From Gemmatimonadota bacterium (GTDB lineage Bacteria; Gemmatimonadota; Gemmatimonadetes; Longimicrobiales; Gaopeijiaceae), in NCBI GenBank assembly GCA_034521595.1, contig JAXHMG010000003.1, positions 128,001 through 192,000 of the forward strand: a stretch of DNA of 64,000 nucleotides, in the 5' to 3' direction. The notes below the pieces were generated by a model. That model was not told the DNA's origin. It did not search any database and saw only the letters and a list, made by a program, of their open reading frames with translations. Below, in pieces: positions 20,681 to 30,797 of this stretch; the first letter of the stretch is position 1; each line of letters opens with the position of its first letter. The translations under genes were made by a program, and so were the position numbers.

Positions 20681-23104
20681 TCAGACCCCTTCCGACATCA
20701 CGACGGTGAGCCGGTCCCGAGCACGCACTAGCGCGTCGACGAGATCCGGTGAGAACGCGGTTCCGGCATCGCCGCGCAAGCGGGCCTCGGCTTCAGCATA
20801 GGTCATGCTCGACTTGTACGGCCGGGTGTGGGTGAGCGCGTCCAGCGCGTCCACGACGGCCACGATCTGCCCTTCGGTCGGGATATCGGAGCCGGACAGG
20901 CCGTTGGGGTACCCTTGTCCGTCCCACCGCTCGTGGTGCGTGAGCGCGATGACACGCGCGTTCTCGATGATCGCGCTGGTGCTTTCGGTGAGCAGATGCT
21001 CCCCGATCGTGGTGTGGCTTTCCATCACGTCCCGTTCTTCGACGGTGAGCGGGCCCCGTTTCAGCAGGATCGAATCCGGAATGGCGATCTTGCCGACATC
21101 GTGCAGGGGCGCCGCCCGCCTCAAGACGTCGCACTGGCTCGGATTCAACCCGACCGCCTCGGCCAAAATCGCCGCTCCGGCGCCCACGCGCTCGGCGTGC
21201 TTTCCCGTCACGTCGTCCCGATACTCTGCCGCCTGCGCCAGTCGAAAGAGGATCTCGTCCTTCGCTCGTTCCAGTTCCCGTGTGCGGCTCCACACCCGGT
21301 GCTCGAGAAGGTGGTTCATCTCCTTCATCTGGAGGTGAAGGCGTCGGGTTTCCAAAAGGTTCAGGGCACGGGCGCCCAGCTCCGAGACGTCGAACGGTTT
21401 GTTCAGGAAGTCCTTCGCGCCCATGCTGAGGGCGCGCTGACGGAGCTCCCACTGCTTGTCTCCCGTCACCACGAGAACCGGAAGAAAGACGTCGGAGTCG
21501 ACGTGCCCGCGCAATGCCTCGAGGACCTCGAAGCCGTCCATTCCGGGCATGTGGAGGTCCAGGATGAGCAGGTCCGGGTGCTCTGATACGATGGCTTCCA
21601 GAGCGCTCTCTCCGTCCTCGGCGGTCACGATTCGCTTGAAGCCGATGTCCTCGAGCGTCCGCTGGAGCGCGACACGGTTGGAGCGCTCGTCGTCGACGAC
21701 CAGGACATGCCCTTCCGTGAGCGGTGTGTCCTCGCCTTTCAGCCGTGAAGCGTCCGGCGAGATCGAGCCACCGCGCTCGATACCCTGCACGATGGGACGC
21801 GTGAGGAGTCCGGAGAGCACGGGGAGCAACCGGTCTCCAGCGGGTGGCCAACCCACGATGGTCACGTCCCGCTCGCGCGCGGAGTCCGGAAGCTCCGTTT
21901 CGTCTCGGACGAAAAGCACCCGGGGAACTTCGTCGCCGACCACGAGCTCCAGCGAGGACAGGATGCGGTTGAATTCCGCGTGGTCCGTGGCCGCGCTGAC
22001 GACCACCGAAATCGGCCCCTGACCACGATCCATCTGGATCGGGATGTCGTCCGGCGCAGCGAACTCCTCGACACGGAGGCCGTTGAGCTCGAGCACTCTC
22101 CGCACTGATTTCCGCTCGGCGGGATCGGGCAGCACCACCAAGCTCCTCCCCGAAGGTGCAAGCTGAGCGTTTTCCTGCGGGGCGGCGCCGTCCGTTTCGG
22201 GCTCGGGCCTGCTCACCGCGTAGCCTTGATCGTCACCCGCTACTTCGATCCGGTCCCGACCCGACTCTTTCGCTTGGTAAAGCGCTCCGTCGGCCGCTTC
22301 GAGGAGCTCGCGGGCGTGTCGCGCGCCGCTGAGCTCGGCGACACCCGCGCTCGCGGTGATGGGCTGCCACCGAAGGTCGAGCGTCGAAAGGGCCGAGCGT
22401 GTCCGTTCGGCGAAGTCGATGGCCTCCTCGAGCGGCGTGTGCGGGAGGATGGCCAGGAATTCCTCTCCGCCGATTCTGGCGAAGAGCCATCGGTCGTCGG
22501 CGTCGGCGCGGATAATGCCCGCGAACGCGCGTAGCACGTCGTCACCGGCGGCGTGCCCGTGGGTGTCGTTGAGCCACTTGAAGTGGTCGAGGTCGAAGAT
22601 GACCACGGCGAGCGGGGCGTTGCTCGAGCGGCTCGCTCCGATCGCAGCATCCAGGAAGATTTCGGCATGGCGGCGATTCGGAAGCCCCGTCAGCGTATCC
22701 GTCAACGCCTGCTCGCGCGCCGCGCGTCGCTCCCGGTGGAGCAGCTCCGTCACGAGGCCGAGCCCGAAGCTCACCGCGAGGTATCCACCCACGAGCAGCA
22801 CCGTCATGCCCGGGCTGGGGAGCGGAAGGCCCCGGAGGTTCAGGACCACGGTGGAAAGGGCGATGAGGGCCATCCCTGCCGCGAGGGCGGCCGCGCTTCC
22901 CGACCATCCTCGGTAATACGAGAGGAGGAATCCGGGGATCAGCGCCGAGATCCACACGAGTAGCCCCAACTCTTCTCCGGTGACGTCGGGCACGAGGCCC
23001 ACGCTGACCAGAGGTACGAGAAGGGCGGCGATGGACATCGCCAGCGCGCGTGGCGGAACGGAGCGCTCCCGCGACTCCCCCGCGCCGTCGGGTAGCATCT
23101 TCAC
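20681..23104 (-). CDS. membrane GGDEF + REC + HD-GYP c-di-GMP enzyme
   Basis: About 4 TM; TDTLTGLPNRR, DLDHFK, ARIGGEEF; REC (VVDDE, LDLHMP, KPF); HDVGK, HHERWDGQGYP, RPYK. Confidence 0.92.
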   Translation of the reverse strand: MKMLPDGAGESRERSVPPRALAMSIAALLVPLVSVGLVPDVTGEELGLLVWISALIPGFLLSYYRGWSGSAAALAAGMALIALSTVVLNLRGLPLPSPGMTVLLVGGYLAVSFGLGLVTELLHRERRAAREQALTDTLTGLPNRRHAEIFLDAAIGASRSSNAPLAVVIFDLDHFKWLNDTHGHAAGDDVLRAFAGIIRADADDRWLFARIGGEEFLAILPHTPLEEAIDFAERTRSALSTLDLRWQPITASAGVAELSGARHARELLEAADGALYQAKESGRDRIEVAGDDQGYAVSRPEPETDGAAPQENAQLAPSGRSLVVLPDPAERKSVRRVLELNGLRVEEFAAPDDIPIQMDRGQGPISVVVSAATDHAEFNRILSSLELVVGDEVPRVLFVRDETELPDSARERDVTIVGWPPAGDRLLPVLSGLLTRPIVQGIERGGSISPDASRLKGEDTPLTEGHVLVVDDERSNRVALQRTLEDIGFKRIVTAEDGESALEAIVSEHPDLLILDLHMPGMDGFEVLEALRGHVDSDVFLPVLVVTGDKQWELRQRALSMGAKDFLNKPFDVSELGARALNLLETRRLHLQMKEMNHLLEHRVWSRTRELERAKDEILFRLAQAAEYRDDVTGKHAERVGAGAAILAEAVGLNPSQCDVLRRAAPLHDVGKIAIPDSILLKRGPLTVEERDVMESHTTIGEHLLTESTSAIIENARVIALTHHERWDGQGYPNGLSGSDIPTEGQIVAVVDALDALTHTRPYKSSMTYAEAEARLRGDAGTAFSPDLVDALVRARDRLTVVMSEGV

Positions 23105-23147
23105 GAGTCGGTGGTCTCCGGTGTCGACATGGGGCGTCGCGCCCGGC

Positions 23148-24665
23148 TCAGGAGGTGCGGGATCCGGTGACCTGCCGTACGGCGGCGCGTATGGATCCGA
23201 GGTCGGTCGGCTTGGGCAGCTCGAGCACGCCCGGGGCGTCGGGAGAGATGACTCGGGGACTTGCTCGGCGTCTCAAGAGCACCACGGGGACGCCGGGTTC
23301 GAGCTCCCGGAGGGCCCCCAACAGCGTCTTGCCGGCGCCCCGGTGAGCGGGTACGTCCGCGACCACTGCGTCGAGGTTGGCGTCCCCGCGCGGGAGCTCG
23401 TCGACCGAGGCCGCGGCGGTGATCCGGGTGTGCGGTCCGCCCAATCCACGCGCCAGCGCTCCGCGTGTCGCGTCCGTGGGTTCCACGATGGCCATGTGTA
23501 TCGGCTCGTTCCCGTCTCGGCCGTGCGTGCGCGAAGGGCTCTCGTCCGATTCGCCCAGGCGCCCCTCGTCATCCGTCGGTCCAGCAGGAAGGGTGATCCG
23601 GACGGTGGTGCCTTCGCTCCCCTCCCGGTCGAGCTCGATCGAGCCGCCGAGAGTCGTCAGGATTCCGTGTACCGTCGCCAGACCCAGGCCCGATCCGGTA
23701 TCGGAAGGCTTGGACGAGAAAAACGGTTCGAGCGCACGCTCGATGGGTGGCACGACGTCCTCCGTGCCCGTGTCGTGCACTTCGAGCACCGCTGCGTCGC
23801 GCGAGCCATCTCCCGCGTTAGCGCGTCGGGTCGTCACGGTCAACGTGCCGCCTTCCGGCATCGCGTCACGTGCGTTGGCGACCAGCGCGATCAACATCTC
23901 CTCGATCCGGATCGGAGGGGCGGGCACGAGGGGACAGTCAGCCTCGAGCTCCGTGACCAGCGTCACGGTCTCGCCGAGGAAGCGGCGGAGGAGCTTTTCG
24001 AATCCGCGCACGACCTCCGAGACGGACGACTCGCTTTCGCCACCCGCGTGCCCTCCCGCGAATAGATCCAGCTTCCGGGTGATGGTCGCGCTGTCGAGCC
24101 CCGCTTGCTTGATCTCGGCCAAGTCCTCGGCGTCCTGGGAGTCGGGGGCCGCATCGCCGAGAAGGAGGTCGGAGAACGTCGTCACCGTGGACAGCCGATT
24201 GTTCAAATCGTGGGCGATGCCGCTCGTGAGCTGACCCACGATCTCGTACCGGCGGGCGCGCAGGACACGGGCTTCACGTTCCAGCTCCGCCGCCGCCGGC
24301 CGTCCCCACAGGACGAAACGGGCCTCCTCCGAGCCGTCATCGACCGGAACAACGTAAGCGAGCAGGGTCCGGTCGGGATTCGTGGGTTCATCGCCGGCGC
24401 GCAACAGGACGGGATCCGCGCCGTCGGACCCGTGGCTCAACTTCTCCCGCAGGTCGCGGATATCCTCCGGAAGCAGGGCCCGCTCCAAGCTCGTGCCCGG
24501 GGAGAGCGTGCTCGACCCCAACGCGGCGCGCGCGGCGGGATTGGCTTCCACCACGGAGAGCGCCCCGTCGATGACCACGATAGCGAGCTGATCGGACTCG
24601 GCGAGGGCGCGTCCCAGGGCTGTCGCGAATTCCGGCGATGTGAGGTTTCCGGGGGTGGTAGTCAC
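23148..24665 (-). CDS. PAS-histidine kinase with degenerate C-terminal REC
   Basis: GIAHDLNN, NARDAM, EPFFSSK, GSGLGL; GTG start after AAGGAG. Confidence 0.88.
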   Translation of the reverse strand: MTTTPGNLTSPEFATALGRALAESDQLAIVVIDGALSVVEANPAARAALGSSTLSPGTSLERALLPEDIRDLREKLSHGSDGADPVLLRAGDEPTNPDRTLLAYVVPVDDGSEEARFVLWGRPAAAELEREARVLRARRYEIVGQLTSGIAHDLNNRLSTVTTFSDLLLGDAAPDSQDAEDLAEIKQAGLDSATITRKLDLFAGGHAGGESESSVSEVVRGFEKLLRRFLGETVTLVTELEADCPLVPAPPIRIEEMLIALVANARDAMPEGGTLTVTTRRANAGDGSRDAAVLEVHDTGTEDVVPPIERALEPFFSSKPSDTGSGLGLATVHGILTTLGGSIELDREGSEGTTVRITLPAGPTDDEGRLGESDESPSRTHGRDGNEPIHMAIVEPTDATRGALARGLGGPHTRITAAASVDELPRGDANLDAVVADVPAHRGAGKTLLGALRELEPGVPVVLLRRRASPRVISPDAPGVLELPKPTDLGSIRAAVRQVTGSRTS

Positions 24666-24831
24666 GTCCGGACACTCCTTGAGTGGCGCGGTGAGGAAGA
24701 CGGCGGATGGCGTCGAAGCGACAAGGTATCGGGGGAGCGCCACGGAATCGACACCCGGCGTGGCGCGATCCCCGACTTCATGGGTAGTTTGGGGCCTTGT
24801 GACGCATTCCGGAGATTCTGGGGTGAAGCCG

Positions 24832-25206
24832 ATGGCTAAGATTCTGATCATCGACGACGAAGCGCACGTTCGAGCCGCGCTCGGGCGCGTCCTGAGGTCC
24901 GACGGTCATGAAGTGCTCGAAGCGTCGAATGGTGCGGAAGCCACGGCGATCGTCGAAGGAGAGGAAGTGAACCTCGTGTTCACCGACATCTTCATGCCGG
25001 AGATGGACGGAATCGAGTTCCTGTTGTGGGTGGTCGAGCGCTTTCCCGATCGCGCGGTGGTCGCCATGTCGGGCGGGGGAGCCATGCCGATGGACTCGGC
25101 TCTGGGCGACGCGCGAGCGTTGGGGGCGGTCGACATCGTGGAGAAGCCGCTGGACCCGGCGCGAGTTCGGCAGGTGGTCCGAGAGGCGTTGGGGAGCGAC
25201 GCATAG
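24832..25206 (+). CDS. single-domain response regulator
   Basis: ILIIDDE, FTDIFMPEMDG, AMSGGG, KP. Confidence 0.92.
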   Translation: MAKILIIDDEAHVRAALGRVLRSDGHEVLEASNGAEATAIVEGEEVNLVFTDIFMPEMDGIEFLLWVVERFPDRAVVAMSGGGAMPMDSALGDARALGAVDIVEKPLDPARVRQVVREALGSDA

Positions 25207-25238
25207 CGTGCAACGGCCCTCATCTCTTCGGCCGGCGC

Positions 25239-27194
25239 TTATCGAGAGTCCGCCATCGCCTCGGGCGGGCCGAGCGCTTCGTGGATCGCCTGGAGCAGGG
25301 TTTCACGGCTCCAGGGTTTCGTGATGGTGCGAATCCCTTCGGAGCGCAGCTCCTCGACGGACTCCGCCCCGTAACCCGTCACGAGCACGAACGGGCAGCT
25401 CGCTCCTTCGTCGCGCAGCCCCGCGAGCACTTCCCGTCCTCCGAGCTTCGGCATGACGAGGTCCGAGATGACGAGGGCCACTTCATTACGATTGCGGCGG
25501 TAGGTTTCGAGCCCGTCTCTCCCGTCGCCGGCGAGAAGCACCCCGTACCCGGCTGAGCTCAGCACGCGCTTCATGCCGCGACGGAGCGCCGGCTCGTCCT
25601 CGATGACCAGGATCGTCTCGCCACGCCCGCCGGCCTCAGGTCGCGACCGCTGCACGTTGAGCGCACCCTTCGTGTCGGCCGGATGCCCCACGTCGGCTGC
25701 GCTCGGGAAGAACAGCTCCACTCGCGTGCCTTCCCCAGGCTCGGAGTACACATGAACGAGTCCACGATGCTGTTTCATGAGACCGTAGACCATGGCCATA
25801 CCGAGGCCGGTGCCGGTCTCGGGCCCCTTTGTCGTGAAGAAAGGCTCGAAGATGCGTGAGCGGGTCTCTTCTTGCATCCCGCCCCCCGTATCCGTGAGGC
25901 TGACACGTTCGTACCGCCCGGGACGGACCCACGGATGGCGGGCCCTGTGGGTCTCGCCGAGCGTGACCGGACAAACCTCGACCGAGAAGGTCCCCCCGTC
26001 GGGCATGGCGTCCCGGGCATTGGCCACGACGTTGAGGAAGATCTGCTGCAACGCGGCCGGATCGGCCCGAATCGTCCCCGTTTCTTCGGCGACCGTCGCG
26101 TCGAACCGGATCTTGTCCGTGAGCATTCTTCGCATGAGCGCGAGAGCGTCGTCCGTGAATTTTCCCAGATCGAGGCTCTCGAACCGGAGGTAGCCTCTAC
26201 GGCTGAAGCCCAGCAGTCGGCGCACCATGCCGGCTGCCCGTCGGGCCGAAAGGTCGATCTCGCGGAGCTCGTGGTGGGCATCGACGAACTCCGCCGGCAC
26301 CATCTCTCGCAGCGCGTCCGTTCCGTTGAGGATGACCGCGAGCACATTGTTGAAGTCGTGCGAGATCCCGCCGGTCAGCTTGCCGAGCGCTTCCATCTTC
26401 TGGGATTGTCGGACGCGCTCTTCCAGAAGCCGGTGCTCGGTCACGTCACGGAGCACCACGAGGTGCGCGGGGGTCGCCTCCCATTCGATGGGCGACGCCC
26501 GCATCTCCAGCTTGGTGCGCGTGCCGTCACGGAGGGGACCGTCGAGCTCGACGGTCTCCTCTCCGGCTGCGAGCACGGGCGTTCCGAGGCGGGTTCCCGC
26601 GAGCGATCCGGCTTCCGGGGCGATCAGGGTGCGAGCGCTCTCGTTCGCGAACCGTACGATCCCGGTCGCGTCCAGAATGAGCATGCCGTCCGTGTTTGCC
26701 TCGACGACCGTGCGCAGCTGTCGCTCGGCGCGCTCGACGTCCGCCGTTCGTCGGCGGGCCTCCGACCAGAGGCGCCGCCGCTCCCGCGCGTGACGGATGG
26801 CTTGGTCGAGTGCACGTGTGTCGTAGGCGCCTTTGACGAGGTAATCGTCGGCCCCCTCGTGGAGGCTTGCAATGGCCGCTGCGGACTCGGTGCCGGCGGA
26901 GATGACGATGAGGGGCATGTCGGGCGCTTGCTTCCGGAGCGTGCGTACGGTGGCGGCGCCGGAGCTGTCGGGTAGCCCCAGGTCCACGATGGCCAGGTCG
27001 GCAGGCTCGGTGCTCAGGAGCGCGAGAGCGGCGCCCAGGCTTTCGACGCGGAGGAGGACACGGGATGGAATCCCGACGCTCTCGAGCGCGTGTTCGAGGA
27101 CCACGGCGTCGGAGGGCTCGTCCTCGACCAGGAGAACACGCTGGTATGTGCCCGCGTCGGCTCTGTCCGGCTCGGGAAGGGACCCGTCAGGCAT
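25239..27194 (-). CDS. hybrid histidine kinase REC-PAS-HisKA-HATPase-REC
   Basis: N-terminal REC (VED, DLGLPDS); [31 protein letters not shown]-terminal REC (SDLVMP). Confidence 0.93.
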   Translation of the reverse strand: MPDGSLPEPDRADAGTYQRVLLVEDEPSDAVVLEHALESVGIPSRVLLRVESLGAALALLSTEPADLAIVDLGLPDSSGAATVRTLRKQAPDMPLIVISAGTESAAAIASLHEGADDYLVKGAYDTRALDQAIRHARERRRLWSEARRRTADVERAERQLRTVVEANTDGMLILDATGIVRFANESARTLIAPEAGSLAGTRLGTPVLAAGEETVELDGPLRDGTRTKLEMRASPIEWEATPAHLVVLRDVTEHRLLEERVRQSQKMEALGKLTGGISHDFNNVLAVILNGTDALREMVPAEFVDAHHELREIDLSARRAAGMVRRLLGFSRRGYLRFESLDLGKFTDDALALMRRMLTDKIRFDATVAEETGTIRADPAALQQIFLNVVANARDAMPDGGTFSVEVCPVTLGETHRARHPWVRPGRYERVSLTDTGGGMQEETRSRIFEPFFTTKGPETGTGLGMAMVYGLMKQHRGLVHVYSEPGEGTRVELFFPSAADVGHPADTKGALNVQRSRPEAGGRGETILVIEDEPALRRGMKRVLSSAGYGVLLAGDGRDGLETYRRNRNEVALVISDLVMPKLGGREVLAGLRDEGASCPFVLVTGYGAESVEELRSEGIRTITKPWSRETLLQAIHEALGPPEAMADSR

Positions 27195-27477
27195 CCGACG
27201 TCCGCAAGGCTCGTGCGAGGGCGTCGGTGTCGGCGAACGCCCCGACCCACGACCGCTCGGGTTCCGGATGCCGGCGTATCAGGGTGGGCGTCAACGCCAC
27301 GCGTTCGCGTCGGGCGGCTTCTTCGTCCTCCAGCCGGTCCACCACTTCGATCCGGCAGGCTTCGCCGTAGACCTGTGCGCAGGCGGACCGCACGCAGTCT
27401 GCGGCGGTCTCGGACCGCGGTCCGGGTCCCGTCACCAAAAGGAGGAACGACGGAGGAACGTCAGTCAATGGGCGCAC
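27187..27477 (-). CDS. kaiB: KaiB-family protein
   Basis: LLVTGxxPRS..IEVVD..VALTPTLIRxxPEP..VG matches the KaiB pattern; 8-nt overlap with the kinase start. Confidence 0.8.
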   Translation of the reverse strand: MRPLTDVPPSFLLLVTGPGPRSETAADCVRSACAQVYGEACRIEVVDRLEDEEAARRERVALTPTLIRRHPEPERSWVGAFADTDALARALRTSDA

Positions 27478-27804
27478 CGCGGACGAGAGCGGGGTCCGCG
27501 TGGTCGGTTTGTGCGCAGGTCATACCTGCCCCGGTTCGCGTGGTGCTCGGAAGGCCGGACGGGAGACCCGTCACGCTGAAAGGGGGGGTGATCGAAACCA
27601 AGCTAAGAGGGGAGGCGGTTCCCTCACAAGCGGGTGCTCGCGGGGTTCCCAATGGCTCGGTGCGCCCGCCTCGAGCGCACGCGTGCGGCTCGGGGTGGCG
27701 AGTCGGGTTGGAAGTCGGCATGTTGGGCTCGGTTCCGGCGTTGCCCGAGGGGGTCGCGTCGGGCCGCCCGCCGGATGGGTGAGTCTCGACGCGTGGAGAA
27801 CGAA

Positions 27805-28179
27805 GTGGCGCGAATCCTGATCATCGATGACGACAACGAAGCGCGGGCGGGATTGCGGCGCTTGCTGGAGTCGGAAGGGCACGATGTCGAGGAGGCCTCG
27901 GACGGCTCACAGGCGCTTCGACGCTTCGCGGGTAGCCCGGCCGACGTGGTGTTCACCGACATCTTCATGCCACGCATGGACGGGCTGGAGTTCGTGATGC
28001 GCCTTCGTGAGACCTTCCCCGAGGCGCCGATCGTGGCCATGAGCGGTGGTGGTCACCTGGAGGCGGAGCCGGTGCTCCACGCCGCCGATGCGCTCGGTGT
28101 CGTGCGCTCGCTCGCCAAACCCCTGACCCGGGACGCCGTGCGGGAGGCCCTGGAGGTAGCGCTCGACGCGCTCGACTGA
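27805..28179 (+). CDS. single-domain response regulator (paralog of 24832-25206)
   Basis: ILIIDDD, FTDIFMPRMDG, AMSGGG, KP; GTG start after GGAG. Confidence 0.92.
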   Translation: MARILIIDDDNEARAGLRRLLESEGHDVEEASDGSQALRRFAGSPADVVFTDIFMPRMDGLEFVMRLRETFPEAPIVAMSGGGHLEAEPVLHAADALGVVRSLAKPLTRDAVREALEVALDALD

Positions 28180-28269
28180 GCGGGGGGCACCGTGAGGCGC
28201 CCGGGATGGCGTGAGCGAGGGCGACGTGTTCCTTTAGCAGCCGCGTTCCACCCTGCGACCGAGGATCCC

Positions 28270-29916
28270 ATGATGCGTGTCCTACTCCGAGCGTCCGTCT
28301 GCGCGGCTCTGATCTCGACTTCCGCGGGGCTCGCTCCACTCTCCGCCTCCGCCCAGCAGCTTCCGGAGACCTGGCAGGAGCAGGAGAACTTCCGGTCGGG
28401 TCCGACCCCGTTCGAGCCGCTCATGGAGTTCTGGTACGAGCTCGACCGGATGAGCGAGATCGTGAGCATGCAGCCGCTCACCCGGACGCTGCTCGACCGC
28501 GAGTTCAACCTGGTGACGATCGCGGACCCGATGATCACGACGCCGGAGGACGCGCTCCGTTCCGGCAAGACCGTGGTGCTCCTGGCTCCCTCCGTGCACG
28601 GGGGGGAGGTCTCGCCCAAGGAGGCGGTGCAGCTCGTCGCGAAAGAGCTCGTGGGTGGTGACCTCCGGAGCCTGCTCGAGGACGTGATCGTGCTCGCGAT
28701 CCCGCTCATCAATCCGGACGGCGGGGAGGTGCAGCGGAGGACCAACGAAGCCGGTTACGACATGAACCGGGACTACGTGAAGCTCGAGACCCAGGAGATC
28801 CACGCGCTCGTCACGCAGGTGATGAACGAGTGGACGCCGGATATCCACGTCGACGGGCACCACGGGGGATCGCCGCCGTACGTGATTACCTACCAGGGGA
28901 CGCTGAACCCGGCGGCCGACGACGAGCTCCGGGCCTATCCCTACGAGCACATCTTCCCGCGTATTCGGGAGGCGGTCGCCGCCGAGGGATATGAGGCTTT
29001 CGACTATTCGGGCGTGCGAACCGTGAATGGACAGCGGGGCTGGGGCTCGACCTCGATAGAGCCGAGGAAGCACCACGTCTACACCGGGCTCACCAACTCC
29101 ATCGGAATCTTGCTGGAGACCCCGAACGCCAACACCCTCGTCCGAAACGGGGCCCTCGAGGAGATCCCCGAGGAGGAGCGGTACTTCCACCAGATCCGCG
29201 GTGGCGTGTTGGCCACGACGGCGATCCTCGAGGCCGCCGCGGAGCAGCGCGACCAGATCCGAGGCGTCACGACGGGCTCACGCATGCGGGCCATCGAGGC
29301 GGGCGCGAGTGGCGGGGACCCGATCGTGCTCGATTACGAGCTCGTTTCGAGGGGCACCGAGCCGGTCTGGATGCCGAGTGAAGATGCGCCGATGGGCTAT
29401 TCCCTCGAGGACGTGCCGGTATTTCTCCGCTGGGAGACTACGCGCACGACGTCCCGCCCCGTGGGCTACCTGATGCCCCCGGCGATGGCGTCGGTCGTGC
29501 CGCTTCTCCAGGACCACGACATCGCCGTCTACCGGTTCCGGGAGGCCGCGACCCTGGACTCGGAGGTGTACTACGCGACCGACGTGCGCGTGGACAGTTA
29601 CTTCCAGGGGCACTACCTGAAGTCGGTCGAAGCGGAGAAGGTGCCCGAGCAGGTGGATGTCGCCCCCGGGTGGTTCTGGATCCCCACGGCACAATCACGC
29701 GCGAACCTCATCAGCTACATCTTCGAGCCGGAGACGGACGACAACCTCATCACGTGGGGGTGGGCGGATCACGTCGTCGAGGTGACGGAAGATGGTGAGG
29801 AGGACGAGCGCCAACGGATCCCGATGATACGGGTGATGGATCATCAGCCGATCCCGGCTACCGAGATCCAACCCTTCAACATGTACCAGCGCAACCGCTT
29901 CTTCCAACCGAATTGA
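28270..29916 (+). CDS. secreted M14 zinc carboxypeptidase
   Basis: Signal peptide; HGGE, NPDG, NRD, DGH motifs. Confidence 0.9.
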   Translation: MMRVLLRASVCAALISTSAGLAPLSASAQQLPETWQEQENFRSGPTPFEPLMEFWYELDRMSEIVSMQPLTRTLLDREFNLVTIADPMITTPEDALRSGKTVVLLAPSVHGGEVSPKEAVQLVAKELVGGDLRSLLEDVIVLAIPLINPDGGEVQRRTNEAGYDMNRDYVKLETQEIHALVTQVMNEWTPDIHVDGHHGGSPPYVITYQGTLNPAADDELRAYPYEHIFPRIREAVAAEGYEAFDYSGVRTVNGQRGWGSTSIEPRKHHVYTGLTNSIGILLETPNANTLVRNGALEEIPEEERYFHQIRGGVLATTAILEAAAEQRDQIRGVTTGSRMRAIEAGASGGDPIVLDYELVSRGTEPVWMPSEDAPMGYSLEDVPVFLRWETTRTTSRPVGYLMPPAMASVVPLLQDHDIAVYRFREAATLDSEVYYATDVRVDSYFQGHYLKSVEAEKVPEQVDVAPGWFWIPTAQSRANLISYIFEPETDDNLITWGWADHVVEVTEDGEEDERQRIPMIRVMDHQPIPATEIQPFNMYQRNRFFQPN

Positions 29917-30797
29917 TCGGCGGCTGCGACGAGGTGCGCTCTCCTTCAGGCGCGTGGCGTTCTCTGCTGTTCTTTCCCGCGACGCGTCCGGACCGCTACG
30001 AGAAGGCGCTCGAGACGGGCGCGGATATGGTGTGCGCCGACCTCGAGGACGCGGTCGCCCGCGACGCCAAGGGCGAGGCGCGCGCTCGCGCGGCCGAGTT
30101 GCTTCGGGATGGACCGTGGCGAGCCGAGCGCGCGGCGATCCGCATCAACGCCGTCGACTCGGAAACAGGCCGGCGAGACCTCGAAGAGGTGACCGCGGCG
30201 TGGGCGGCGGGGTCCCACGGCGAGCCGCTCACCCTGGTCATACCCAAGGTGTCCGGCGCCGCCGACGTGGGGCAGGTGCGCGAGGCCGCGCGTGGGGCGG
30301 GGATCACGGTGCGCGCGATCGCGATGATCGAGTCCGCTTCCGGGTTGGAGAACGCGGCGGCGATCGCGCGGGCGCCGTCGGTCGTGGCCCTGTTGCTGGG
30401 CGCCGTCGATCTGGCCGCGGACCTCGGGTGCGACCTCGACTGGGAGGCGCTGCTTTACGCCCGTGGGCGGGTGGTCCACGCGGCCGCCTTGGGCAGAGTA
30501 CCCACCCTCGACGTGCCCTCGCTCGAGCTCGACGATCCGGCCGGCCTCGCGGCCCACACTCGGGCCGTTGCCCGCCTCGGCTTTTCGGGCAAGGCGGCTA
30601 TTCATCCGCGGCAGATCGCGCCCATACACGAGGCTCTCGCTCCGACCGCGGAGGAGCTGCGGCGTGCGCGAGCGATTCTGGACGCGTACGAGCGCGCGGG
30701 GGAAGGGGTGTTTTCATTCGAAGGAACCATGGTGGACCGGCCGGTCGTGGAGGCCGCCCGGAAGACCGTCCATAGAGCTGGAGACGCGAACGAATGA
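29913..30797 (+). CDS. CitE-like CoA-ester lyase (citramalyl/malyl-CoA lyase family)
   Basis: RSLLFFP, DLEDAV, IRIN, IPK, MIES, GKAAIHPRQ, MVDRP. Confidence 0.9.
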   Translation: MIGGCDEVRSPSGAWRSLLFFPATRPDRYEKALETGADMVCADLEDAVARDAKGEARARAAELLRDGPWRAERAAIRINAVDSETGRRDLEEVTAAWAAGSHGEPLTLVIPKVSGAADVGQVREAARGAGITVRAIAMIESASGLENAAAIARAPSVVALLLGAVDLAADLGCDLDWEALLYARGRVVHAAALGRVPTLDVPSLELDDPAGLAAHTRAVARLGFSGKAAIHPRQIAPIHEALAPTAEELRRARAILDAYERAGEGVFSFEGTMVDRPVVEAARKTVHRAGDANE

